DNA of 41,881 bases. Origin: Candidatus Xenobia bacterium. Its GTDB lineage: Bacteria > Vulcanimicrobiota > CADAWZ01. The position numbers and the translations under genes are program-made. How positions within the stretch are numbered: position 1 is the first letter of the stretch; each line of letters starts with the position of its first letter. Of the stretch, positions 18,969 to 27,713 are shown in pieces. The stretch spans positions 1-41,881 of the forward strand of contig JBGUKW010000034.1 in NCBI GenBank assembly GCA_045114665.1, read 5' to 3'. Under the pieces are notes generated by a model that made no database searches, was not told the origin of the DNA, and saw nothing but the letters and a program-made list of their open reading frames with translations.

Positions 18969-19020
18969 AAGTGGCAGTATACAGGCATATATTGGATAGT
19001 TTACAGCAAATTTTTATTTA
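18887..19020 (+). repeat. Direct repeat copy 1 (about 135 bp) upstream of the NPPY gene
   Basis: Aligns with 23517-23657 with few substitutions and small indels. Confidence 0.92.
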
Positions 19021-19121
19021 CTTATTTTTGAAAATTATTTAACTGCAAAATTAATAACAAAAATTGATTTCCGTAAGAGTAATTGGACAAAAAATAAAAG
19101 AAAAAAACGAAAGGAAAAAAT

Positions 19122-20135
19122 ATGAAATTTGATTTTGTTATTGGAAATCCGCCTTATCAAGGAGATCAACAGGGTAGTAGTCATTATACATTACCTGTTT
19201 ATGATAAGTTTTTAGAAGCAGGATTTGAATTAGCGGATAAAGTCTTAATGATTCACCCTGCAAGATGTTTATTTGAAGCTGGACAAACCCCTAAAGAATG
19301 GAACCAAAAAATGTTAAAAGATGAACATTTTAAAGTTCTTGATTACCAAGAGGATGCAAAAAAAGTTTTCCAAAACACAGATATTAAGGGTGGAGTTGTT
19401 ATTTCATATAGAGATAAAACAAAAAAATTTAAACCAATAAAACAATTTAATTTTATACTCTATCCAAAACTAAAAAGTATATATGAAAAAATAGAAAATG
19501 ATTTAACGAGCAAAGGGAATGTAGGTTATATTATAAATGTTTCTACTAAATTTAATTTAAATAATCTTATTTTAGATTATCCTCAATATGAAGGTAGAGA
19601 ACGAAGATTATCATCTAATGTTTTGTCATTTGATTGTTTTTCAGATGAACCTAAAAAAAATGATGATATTTGTATCTATGGAGTAATAAAAAATCGTAGA
19701 ACAAAAAAATATATTTTGAAAAAATATATAGATATATCATCTGAAAATATTTATAAATATAAAGTTATTCTTCCTAAAGCAGATGGCAATGGTCTATTTG
19801 GAGAAATTGTAACAAATCCTTTGGTTATAAATATTTCTACAGGTTATACTCATACTTTTTATGGTATAGGCTGTTTTGATAATAAATTTGAGGCTGAAAA
19901 TACTTTGAAATATACTAAAACAAAATTTGCAAGAACTTTTCTAAGTATACTAAAAGTAACTCAAAATGTAAATGCAGATACTTGGGCATTTGTCCCTCTA
20001 CAGGACTTCACCGACAAATCGGACATCGACTGGACGAAATCCATTAACGATATAGATAAACAGCTTTATAAGAAGTACAATCTTTCACAAGACGAGATCG
20101 ACTTTATAGAGACCAATGTAAAAGAAATGAACTGA
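19122..20135 (+). CDS. Eco57I-type methyltransferase catalytic half plus target recognition domain
   Basis: Begins MKFDFVIGNPPY (motif IV), IHPAR, VF.NTDIKGGV, C-terminal FVPLQDF...IDWTKSI..ID.QLYKKY.L; no motif I. Confidence 0.88.
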   Translation: MKFDFVIGNPPYQGDQQGSSHYTLPVYDKFLEAGFELADKVLMIHPARCLFEAGQTPKEWNQKMLKDEHFKVLDYQEDAKKVFQNTDIKGGVVISYRDKTKKFKPIKQFNFILYPKLKSIYEKIENDLTSKGNVGYIINVSTKFNLNNLILDYPQYEGRERRLSSNVLSFDCFSDEPKKNDDICIYGVIKNRRTKKYILKKYIDISSENIYKYKVILPKADGNGLFGEIVTNPLVINISTGYTHTFYGIGCFDNKFEAENTLKYTKTKFARTFLSILKVTQNVNADTWAFVPLQDFTDKSDIDWTKSINDIDKQLYKKYNLSQDEIDFIETNVKEMN

Positions 20136-23100
20136 TGGCAGTATTTCGAAAATTGATCCAAGAAAAAAAAGGAAATGATCTAAAGATGAACAGTGTCCCA
20201 AAAATTCAATCATCAATAAAAGTTATCCCTCAAATATATGCCTACACTACTTTGAATGTTTCTTATCAAAATGGTTACATAAAAATTGGATATACCGAAC
20301 AAGATGTCAATAAACGAATTTTACAGCAGACACAGACTGCAGGCATAAGGGCAAATCTTGAATGGCAGGGAAACGCAATTTTTGAAGAAAAAGGCGATAG
20401 ATTTACCGATCACGATTTCCATTCATATCTTCGCAAAAATGGCATACTACAGCCACAAGATTTGGGCAATAAAGATTTTCCTGAAAATGGCAGAAATGAA
20501 TGGTTTCACACAACTTCCCAAGAATCAAAAAAACTTTTTGATGAATTTAGGAAAAATCGTGGAATAACAAAGACAAAAGACAAAGCTATTCCTTATGTCT
20601 TGCGTTCAGAACAAAGAGAAGCCATTGCTATCACAAAAAGATATTATGACACTTCAGATAAAAAGAAAGAATTTTTGTGGAATGCAAAACCTCGTTTTGG
20701 AAAAACTCTTACAGTCTATGATTTTTGCAAACAGATAAAAGCTGAAAAAATTTTGATTGTAACAAATCGTCCTGCTATTGCAAATTCTTGGTTTTCAGAT
20801 TATGCAAAATTTTTGGGTTCTGAATCAGGATATTATTTTGTAAGTGAAGTTGATTCTTTAAAGGGAAAAAATGGTGTTCTATCTCGTGAAGATTATGCAA
20901 ATTTGGACGAAGTGGAAGCAAAATTTATTGAGTTTGTGAGCCTTCAAGATTTAAAGGGAAGTAAATATTTTGGCGGTCATTATGATAAATTGCGTGAAGT
21001 AAGAGACATTACTTGGGATATTCTTGTAATTGATGAAGCACATGAAGGTGTCGATACATATAAAACAGATGTTGCTTTTGATAATATACATCAAAAGTTT
21101 ACACTTCACCTGTCTGGCACACCTTTTAAGGCTTTGGCAAATGAAAAATTTGATTCAGACGCCATTTTTAATTATACTTACGCAGATGAACAGAAAAGAA
21201 AGCGTGATTGGGATTATTCTTTAGGCGAAAATCCTTATTTGCCACTTCCAAAATTAAATTTATATACCTATCAGATGTCAGAAATTATCCGTGACGAGAT
21301 CTCACAGGGAATAGAAATAGATGGAGAAACGGAAGAATATGCTTTTGATTTAAATGAGTTTTTCAGTGTAAATAAAAATGGAAAGTTTATTCATGAATCT
21401 TCTGTTGATAAATTTCTTGATTCCCTCACAGAGAAAAAGAAATTCCCATTTTCTACAGCTGAATTGAGAGACGAATTAAAACACACATTTTGGTTTCTTG
21501 ATAGAGTTGACAGTGCAAAGGCAATGGCTAAAAAACTAAAGGAACATAAGATTTTTAGAGATTATGAAATCGTTCTCGCTGCAGGTGATGGAAAAATTGA
21601 TGATGACGATGAAAATAAAAAGTCTTATGATAAAGTAGTTGAAGCAATAAAAAAATATGACAAGACAATAACCCTTTCTGTTGGTCAACTGACAACAGGG
21701 ATAACTATTCCTGAATGGACGGCTGTCTTGATGTTGTGTAATGTAAAATCTCCTGCACTGTATATGCAGGCTGCTTTTAGATGTCAAAATCCATGTTTGT
21801 TTAAGGTGGGGAATGAGTTTAAAAGAAAAGAAAATGGCTATGTTTTTGATTTCGATCCTGCTCGTACTTTGATTATTTTTGAAAAGTTTGCAAATGATCT
21901 TTCTGTAAAAACTGTTTCAGGTGGTGGAGATGTTGAAACAAGAAAGAAAAATGTTTGTGAACTGCTAAATTTCTTTCCTGTAATTGGAGAAGATGAAAAT
22001 GGCGAATTAATCGAACTCGATGCAGAAAAAGTCTTGACAATACCACGCAAAATTAAATCTGTTGAAGTCGTCAGACGAGGATTTATGAGCAATTTCTTAT
22101 TTCAAAATATACACAATATCTTTTCTGCTTCAAGTGATATTCTTGATATTATCAATCGTTTTGAGGCTGTGGAAGAACCTAAGAATTATTTGCAAGAAGG
22201 ACTTGGAGATGATCTTTCACTTGATGAAAATGGCGAAGTTCTACTTAGTGATGAATTTGTTTTGGGGCGTGAAAACGAAATTTTTGGAAACAAAGTTTAT
22301 GGGGCAAATCCAATAGACACCTTTGTTGATGTAGTTTATGATGAACCCATTGAAAAAAAAGTAGTTAATGAAGCTAAAAATATTCTTAAAAATGATATAA
22401 AATACATAATTGATACTGCACAAGAAAATTATGGCTCTGATATTAAGCCAAATGTAAAAAAACAACTTGAAAAGAAATTATTCAATGAAGCAGATAATAT
22501 GATTAATAAATCTTGGGATAATTATAATACCCAAATAACCTGCATTCAAAGTGATCGTGAAAAAGCTCTTATATCAAAGGAAGAAACTGGCAAAACAGAG
22601 GAAGAGATAAATTTTGAGTTTGACAATAAAATCGAGATTGCAGATAATGATTTCAAAAATGATTTGGAAAATAAAATAAATGATTTTATTTCAGATTCTA
22701 AACAAGATGTTATAAAAACAGTAGAGATAGATATTCAAGAAAGAGAAAAAGATAAAATAGAAGAAGGTATAAGAGACCATTTGAGAGGATTTTCTCGCAC
22801 TATTCCTTCATTTTTGATGGCTTATGGAAACGAAAATGTAACATTGGAAAATTTCGACAAAATCGTTCCAGACAATGTATTTGAGGAAGTAACAAGTATA
22901 ACACTTGATGAATTTAGATTGTTGAGAGATGGGGGAGTAGATAATGGAAAAGAATTTAAAGGGCAGATTTTTGATTCAATTGTTTTCAATGATTCTGTAA
23001 AAGAATTTTTGGCATTGAAAAAGAAATTGGCAAATTATTTTGATGAAAAAAGCACAGAAGATATTTTTGATTATATCCCACCACAAAAGACAAATCAGAT

Positions 23101-23479
23101 TTTTACTCCAAAAAAAGTTGTAAAAAAAATGGTTGATATGTTGGAAGAAGAAAATCCAAATTGTTTTGATGATCCAAACAAAACTTTTATTGATTTGTAC
23201 ATGAAATCAGGACTTTATATTGCAGAAATCGTAAAAAGACTTTACAAAAGCAAAAAGATGAGAGATATTTTTCCAGATAAAATGGAAAGATTGAAACATA
23301 TTTTTGAAAAGCAGGTTTTTGGGCTTGCTCCAACAGAAATTATATATAAAATAGCAACAAATTATATTTTAGGCTTTGATGAAAATTTAGATATAAAGAA
23401 ATACAATTTTAGACATCTAAACACTCTGCCTTTTGCAAAAAACGGAACACTTAACAACTATCTAGAATTTTTATTCTGA
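20135..23479 (+). CDS. Restriction subunit: GIY-YIG/T5orf172-like nuclease + SF2 helicase + C-terminal degenerate methyltransferase-like domain
   Basis: IYAY...IKIGYT...KRI...EWF; AKPRFGKT, DEAH, SGT, QAAFR; C-terminal NQIFTP...FIDLYMKSG...QVFG; alternative start 20186. Confidence 0.88.
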   Translation: MAVFRKLIQEKKGNDLKMNSVPKIQSSIKVIPQIYAYTTLNVSYQNGYIKIGYTEQDVNKRILQQTQTAGIRANLEWQGNAIFEEKGDRFTDHDFHSYLRKNGILQPQDLGNKDFPENGRNEWFHTTSQESKKLFDEFRKNRGITKTKDKAIPYVLRSEQREAIAITKRYYDTSDKKKEFLWNAKPRFGKTLTVYDFCKQIKAEKILIVTNRPAIANSWFSDYAKFLGSESGYYFVSEVDSLKGKNGVLSREDYANLDEVEAKFIEFVSLQDLKGSKYFGGHYDKLREVRDITWDILVIDEAHEGVDTYKTDVAFDNIHQKFTLHLSGTPFKALANEKFDSDAIFNYTYADEQKRKRDWDYSLGENPYLPLPKLNLYTYQMSEIIRDEISQGIEIDGETEEYAFDLNEFFSVNKNGKFIHESSVDKFLDSLTEKKKFPFSTAELRDELKHTFWFLDRVDSAKAMAKKLKEHKIFRDYEIVLAAGDGKIDDDDENKKSYDKVVEAIKKYDKTITLSVGQLTTGITIPEWTAVLMLCNVKSPALYMQAAFRCQNPCLFKVGNEFKRKENGYVFDFDPARTLIIFEKFANDLSVKTVSGGGDVETRKKNVCELLNFFPVIGEDENGELIELDAEKVLTIPRKIKSVEVVRRGFMSNFLFQNIHNIFSASSDILDIINRFEAVEEPKNYLQEGLGDDLSLDENGEVLLSDEFVLGRENEIFGNKVYGANPIDTFVDVVYDEPIEKKVVNEAKNILKNDIKYIIDTAQENYGSDIKPNVKKQLEKKLFNEADNMINKSWDNYNTQITCIQSDREKALISKEETGKTEEEINFEFDNKIEIADNDFKNDLENKINDFISDSKQDVIKTVEIDIQEREKDKIEEGIRDHLRGFSRTIPSFLMAYGNENVTLENFDKIVPDNVFEEVTSITLDEFRLLRDGGVDNGKEFKGQIFDSIVFNDSVKEFLALKKKLANYFDEKSTEDIFDYIPPQKTNQIFTPKKVVKKMVDMLEEENPNCFDDPNKTFIDLYMKSGLYIAEIVKRLYKSKKMRDIFPDKMERLKHIFEKQVFGLAPTEIIYKIATNYILGFDENLDIKKYNFRHLNTLPFAKNGTLNNYLEFLF

Positions 23480-23689
23480 GGCTGTGAAAAAATTAAATAG
23501 ATTGAGTACAGATTTCTAAATAGAGCCGATCGACTTAATTTTAAGTAAATAATAATTTACAGGCTTAGATTGCCACGGTAGCACAGCTCCCTCGCAATGA
23601 CAAAGTGGCAGTATACAGGCATATAATATTAGATAGTTTAGAGCAACTTTTTATTTATTTTTATTAACTATCACAACGAGTTAATTTAC
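23480..23689 (+). repeat. Composite repeat: arm of the 17988 hairpin, direct repeat copy 2 (23517-23657) containing an RPE-like arm, and arm of the 11440 element
   Basis: 23480-23501 matches 17988-18009; 23517-23657 matches 18887-19020; 23666-23689 matches reverse complement of 11434-11457 (22/24). Confidence 0.88.
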
Positions 23690-23710
23690 GAAGATTATAT
23701 AAAAGTTAAA

Positions 23711-23747
23711 AAAAAACAGGTTGATCAAATCGATCAGCCTGTTTTTT
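23711..23747. terminator. Bidirectional intrinsic terminator between convergent genes
   Basis: AAAAAACAGGTTGATC-loop-GATCAGCCTGTTTTTT. Confidence 0.85.
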
Positions 23748-23761
23748 ATCTTTTTTAAATC

Positions 23762-25231
23762 TTACTTCTGATGAGCTCCTGTGTCATTAATCTTTGGAGC
23801 GTTTTTGGCATATTCATCAAACATTTCTGAGAGTTCGAGAACTTCTTCTTTGATCCTCTTGTCATCAAGTGTTGTAAATTTGCCATTGTCAAGCAATACT
23901 TTTCCATTTGCTATGACATATTTTACTTCATTTCCATTTGAAGCCCAAATCAAGTTTTCTGCTACATTTGTTAATCTTGTTGGTGTCAAATTTGGATATG
24001 TTGTGTCAATGAATATAACATCAGCATCTTTGCCTTTTTCAAGAATACCAGTATTCATTCTGAGATGTTTTGCAGGTTCTGCTGTAATAAGTCTCAAAAG
24101 TTGTTCTACTGGGAGTAGTGAAGCATCTTGGTGTAGTGCCTTTTGATATTGGGCTGCAAGTCTTGCTGCACCAAGTATATTTTGGTTGTCTGCACTTCCT
24201 GAGCCGTCTGTAGAAATAACAACAGGGATTCCCATATCAATCATTTTTAAAATTGGTGGCATACCTGATCCCAAAATTGTATTTGCAAGTGGATTGTGGA
24301 CGACTACTGTCCCAGTTTTTTGCAATATCTCGAGATCGTGTTCTGTGCAGTTAACTTGGTGTGCTACTATTGTATTTTTATCCAAGAAACCTATGCTCTC
24401 GAAATACTCAACAGGTGTCATTCCATATTTTTCTCTAAACCAAGCAGTTGTTTTTGGTTCTTCAGATGAATGGATATGAATCAATGTTCCATTTTCATTT
24501 GCCCATTGTTTCAATTTTTTTAACTGTTCTGGACCGTTTGAGAAATCTTGGTCAGGACCAGGTATAATTCTTGTTCTCTCTACATTTCTGAATTCGCTTA
24601 TATATTTGTTCATTCTTTCATAAGCTATTTCAGGAGTATCGAGTATGCGTTTGTCATAATTTCTGTCTTGAGCTCCGACAGCAATTATCATTTTTGTTCC
24701 TGCATCTACATTTGCTTGGACTATATCGCCAACATGGTATTTACCGTGATTGCAATGGTGAACCATTGTCGATGTGATACCATAGAAAATATCATCGACT
24801 CTTGCTTTTATATATGTAACATAGTTTGGAGATTTTCCAAAATGTTTTGTAAGCTCGTCTCTCTTTGCATTCATAAATCCTGTGAATTGATTTACTGCAT
24901 TGTCAAGCCAAGCTGTTAGAGGCTGATCTTTTGCTATTCCAATAAGTGGAGATTCGTGATCATGTCCATGGGCTTTTACAAATCCTGGCATTATAACTCC
25001 TTCGAGTTTTGGAATATCTGCAGATGTTATCTCATCTTTTTGACATTCAAGACCTATGACTTGTAATTCATTTCCACATCTGTTTATGATGTTATTACCA
25101 ATTTCGTCTGTCCATTTTCCGACTTCATATATTTTAGTTCCATCTATTAAAACATATCCATCAGATATCCTTGGCATATCTTCTGTCATAGGAAGTAAGA
25201 ATTTGCCACGCATAAGCTTAAATTTTTTCAT
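23762..25231 (-). CDS. Amidohydrolase family deaminase (MtaD/guanine deaminase/TRZ-ATZ-like), substrate uncertain
   Basis: MPGFVKAHGH, IHIHSSE, VAHQV, VHNPLAN.ILGSG, STDG, GKDADV; start set at ATG 25231 with RBS AAGGAG. Confidence 0.88.
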   Translation of the reverse strand: MKKFKLMRGKFLLPMTEDMPRISDGYVLIDGTKIYEVGKWTDEIGNNIINRCGNELQVIGLECQKDEITSADIPKLEGVIMPGFVKAHGHDHESPLIGIAKDQPLTAWLDNAVNQFTGFMNAKRDELTKHFGKSPNYVTYIKARVDDIFYGITSTMVHHCNHGKYHVGDIVQANVDAGTKMIIAVGAQDRNYDKRILDTPEIAYERMNKYISEFRNVERTRIIPGPDQDFSNGPEQLKKLKQWANENGTLIHIHSSEEPKTTAWFREKYGMTPVEYFESIGFLDKNTIVAHQVNCTEHDLEILQKTGTVVVHNPLANTILGSGMPPILKMIDMGIPVVISTDGSGSADNQNILGAARLAAQYQKALHQDASLLPVEQLLRLITAEPAKHLRMNTGILEKGKDADVIFIDTTYPNLTPTRLTNVAENLIWASNGNEVKYVIANGKVLLDNGKFTTLDDKRIKEEVLELSEMFDEYAKNAPKINDTGAHQK

Positions 25232-25292
25232 TTTTTCTCCTTTAAAATCCACAAAAATCAATTTTCTAAAAATTCACTTATAGATTTAACAA

Positions 25293-25916
25293 TCAGTCTT
25301 CTGATTCGATATTATCATGATTTTCAAGTAAGAATTTAGGAATAGGTGGAAGGTCTAAATTCCCTTTCATTCTTTTAGCACCAGCTCTTTTTAATACTTT
25401 TGCAAGCCCTTGATTATTTTGTATCTCTGCAATGTCAAGAGGACTATTTCCATTATTTGTAAGTGCATTCACATCTGCATTTCTGTTTACAAGCATTTCA
25501 AGAATTTCTTGTCTGTCATTTGTTTCTTCACATCTTGCTACTTCATGAAGGGGGGTAAATCCCCATTCTGTTTTTGCTTCAACATTTGCTCTATAATATA
25601 AAAGAACTTTTGCAAGTCTTGCATTGTTTTTCCAAATTGCAATGTGTAACATAGAATATCCATGTTGTACAGTTGTATTTGCGAGTTTTTGAGAAAAATT
25701 GGGATCTTTAGATTGCTTAGCCCTTTCTAAAGCACTTTGTAATTCATCTTCATTATTGTTATTTACTGCATCAATAATATCTTGTGAAGTTGTCAATGTT
25801 TTTGCATGTATATGTCTTGTTGGAGGTGGGGGAATTTTCTTTTTTTCTTCAGTACAAGAAGAACAAAATATTATCGAAATAATCAGCAATGAAATTGTAA
25901 AAAACTGTTTAATCAT
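25293..25916 (-). CDS. Ankyrin-repeat protein, probable lipoprotein
   Basis: Signal peptide ending CSSC; GYSMLHIA, GFTPLHEVA, GNSPLDIA ankyrin motifs. Confidence 0.85.
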   Translation of the reverse strand: MIKQFFTISLLIISIIFCSSCTEEKKKIPPPPTRHIHAKTLTTSQDIIDAVNNNNEDELQSALERAKQSKDPNFSQKLANTTVQHGYSMLHIAIWKNNARLAKVLLYYRANVEAKTEWGFTPLHEVARCEETNDRQEILEMLVNRNADVNALTNNGNSPLDIAEIQNNQGLAKVLKRAGAKRMKGNLDLPPIPKFLLENHDNIESED

Positions 25917-25940
25917 GCTAAAAACTCGCTTTCTTTAATA

Positions 25941-26714
25941 TTAATATCCTGAAGGGCAGTCATAAATAAAGTTTTTATCTTCTGTATCGAGTGTTTCATC
26001 CCAATATCTTGTTTTTGAATCTGAACCACGAAAACTTCTCCATTCAATTTCAATTCTATATGTATGCCCTTTTATTGCATCTCTACAAAATAATTCTTTT
26101 ATAGCTGAATCAAACCCATCATCATGATGAGGTTTTGAATATGTTTCATTCCATTTACTATTTCCATTTTTATCTTCAACATTTATAGAATATACCCACC
26201 AAAGTTTACCATAATTGTGATAACCACCTGTTAGGTCTTTTGTTGGATATACTTTTATATTCATAGTTGTATATTCAGGTCTTTGAGATAATCTTGAATT
26301 AGTTCTTTTGTTCCTTTTTTGTTTGACACTGGAATTTATTTTTGATAAGTCTATAAGAACAGATCTTTTTTCATTTTCAGTTACAACCACATTTCCATGA
26401 GCTGGTTTGTATCCTTCTTTGAATATTTCTATCCCATAAACACCAGCTTCAAGATTGTTTATTTCATATTCTCCATTAAAATCTGTTATTGTATTAATTC
26501 CATTGCTCAATATTATTGAAGCATTTGACAATGGTTTCCCAGATGATACAACTTTTCCTTTGATGCTTCCTATTTTTTGTGTTAGTGGAGTGTCATATTG
26601 AGTTGGTTCTTCTGGTGTATATATTTGAAGCTCATCAAATTGAGCAAATGCTTTTGAAGACAATATTGAAACTAAGAGAATTGCAACTAACATAAATAAT
26701 AAAAATTTTCTCAT
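25941..26714 (-). CDS. Exported protein with carboxypeptidase-regulatory-like (transthyretin-like) domain
   Basis: Signal peptide ending AFA; GSIKGKV...GKPLSNASI...TDFNGEYEI..L.AG.Y...KEGY; start set at 26714 (RBS AAGGGGG). Confidence 0.8.
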   Translation of the reverse strand: MRKFLLFMLVAILLVSILSSKAFAQFDELQIYTPEEPTQYDTPLTQKIGSIKGKVVSSGKPLSNASIILSNGINTITDFNGEYEINNLEAGVYGIEIFKEGYKPAHGNVVVTENEKRSVLIDLSKINSSVKQKRNKRTNSRLSQRPEYTTMNIKVYPTKDLTGGYHNYGKLWWVYSINVEDKNGNSKWNETYSKPHHDDGFDSAIKELFCRDAIKGHTYRIEIEWRSFRGSDSKTRYWDETLDTEDKNFIYDCPSGY

Positions 26715-26786
26715 AATCCCCCCTTTTCGTCTTTTTACCATATATTTAAATTTTATCTTTATCTTTTTTATCCTTCACTGATTGGT

Positions 26787-26824
26787 AAAAAAAGCGGAAT
26801 TCATATTTTTTGAACACCGCTTTT
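26787..26824 (-). terminator. Probable intrinsic terminator after the TM2 cluster
   Basis: GCGG..TTCA / TGAA..CCGC imperfect stem flanked by A7 and T tracts. Confidence 0.55.
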
Positions 26825-27074
26825 AGTTGTTTGTGCTAATAAATTTTTTGTTGTATTTTTTATCCCATTTTTCATCAGTCATTGTTATATAAATAAATGC
26901 ATCTATAAATCCAATTATTGGAGAAATCCAAAAAAATAATATATATAATATTCCAATTAAAGGCTTTTTTAGATAAAATTGATGAAGTCCAACAATTCCA
27001 CCAAAAATTGCAAGAAATGTTGCAAAATATTTATTTTTTTTAGTTTTGTTAGTATTTTTTATTCCAGTCATCAT
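26823..27074 (-). CDS. Stand-alone TM2 (NINE) domain ORF, possibly frameshifted tail of the upstream gene
   Basis: KNKYFATFLAIFGGIVGLHQFYL...GILY TM2 motif; start lies inside the upstream gene with no clear RBS. Confidence 0.65.
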   Translation of the reverse strand: MMTGIKNTNKTKKNKYFATFLAIFGGIVGLHQFYLKKPLIGILYILFFWISPIIGFIDAFIYITMTDEKWDKKYNKKFISTNN

Positions 27075-27693
27075 CAGAAGTACATAAATACATTATTGAT
27101 TCTATTAGTGAAACACAATAAGGGATACCAGTCCAAAAAGTTAATAAATATAAAAGTCCCCAGCCTGGTTTTCCTAAATAAAATTTGTGAATACCAAATC
27201 CACCAAAAAAGAATGCCAATATTATAGCAAGAATTTTATTTTTACTCGATTTTTTCTGTTCATTATTTATATTTATATTTATTTGTTGATTTGGGATACC
27301 CATTGGCATTTGGTTTGGATATTGATTTGGGATACCCATTGGCATTTGGTTTGGATATTGATTTGGCATACCCATTGGCATTTGGTTAGGATATTGATTG
27401 GGCATACCCATTGGCATTTGATTAGGATATTGATTGGGCATACCCATTGGCATTTGGTTAGGATATTGATTGGGCATACCCATTGGCATTTGGTTAGGAT
27501 ATTGATTAGGCATATCCATATTTGGGATAAATTGAGCTTTATCGTTGTTTATATTTATATTAGGTAAATCCTTAGGAGATGGAGAATTTGACACTTTTTC
27601 AGATGATTCTGGAAGTTTGGGCAATTCACTACCACATATATTGCAAAATGTTGCACCTTTAAGTTGTTCAGTTCCACAATTTGGACAAAACAT
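27049..27693 (-). CDS. Zinc-ribbon + Q/N/M/P tandem repeat linker + TM2 domain protein
   Basis: MFCPNCG...FCNICG; six MPNQYPNQMPMG units; KNKILAIILAFFFGGFGIHKFYLG. Confidence 0.88.
   Translation of the reverse strand: MFCPNCGTEQLKGATFCNICGSELPKLPESSEKVSNSPSPKDLPNININNDKAQFIPNMDMPNQYPNQMPMGMPNQYPNQMPMGMPNQYPNQMPMGMPNQYPNQMPMGMPNQYPNQMPMGIPNQYPNQMPMGIPNQQINININNEQKKSSKNKILAIILAFFFGGFGIHKFYLGKPGWGLLYLLTFWTGIPYCVSLIESIMYLCTSDDDWNKKY
27287..27513. repeat. 36-bp intragenic tandem repeat, six units plus a partial unit
   Basis: Contiguous units of TGATTTGGGATACCCATTGGCATTTGGTTTGGATAT-like sequence, no spacers. Confidence 0.92.
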
Positions 27694-27713
27694 ATTAATT
27701 CAATCCCTTTATA

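Noticed and set aside
17059-20135. Single methyltransferase gene interrupted by an intron or simple frameshift
   Set aside because: Both halves have clean ends and gene B has its own RBS (AAAGGA); no group I/II intron hallmarks recognised. A fused ancestor cannot be excluded without homologue comparison
17059-23689. Prophage, integron or autonomous transposon carrying the RM genes
   Set aside because: No integrase, transposase catalytic domain, phage structural gene or tRNA attachment site is visible
27287-27513. 36-bp repeats as a CRISPR array
   Set aside because: Units are contiguous with no unique spacers, are in frame within a CDS and vary mostly at synonymous positions; no cas genes in the window
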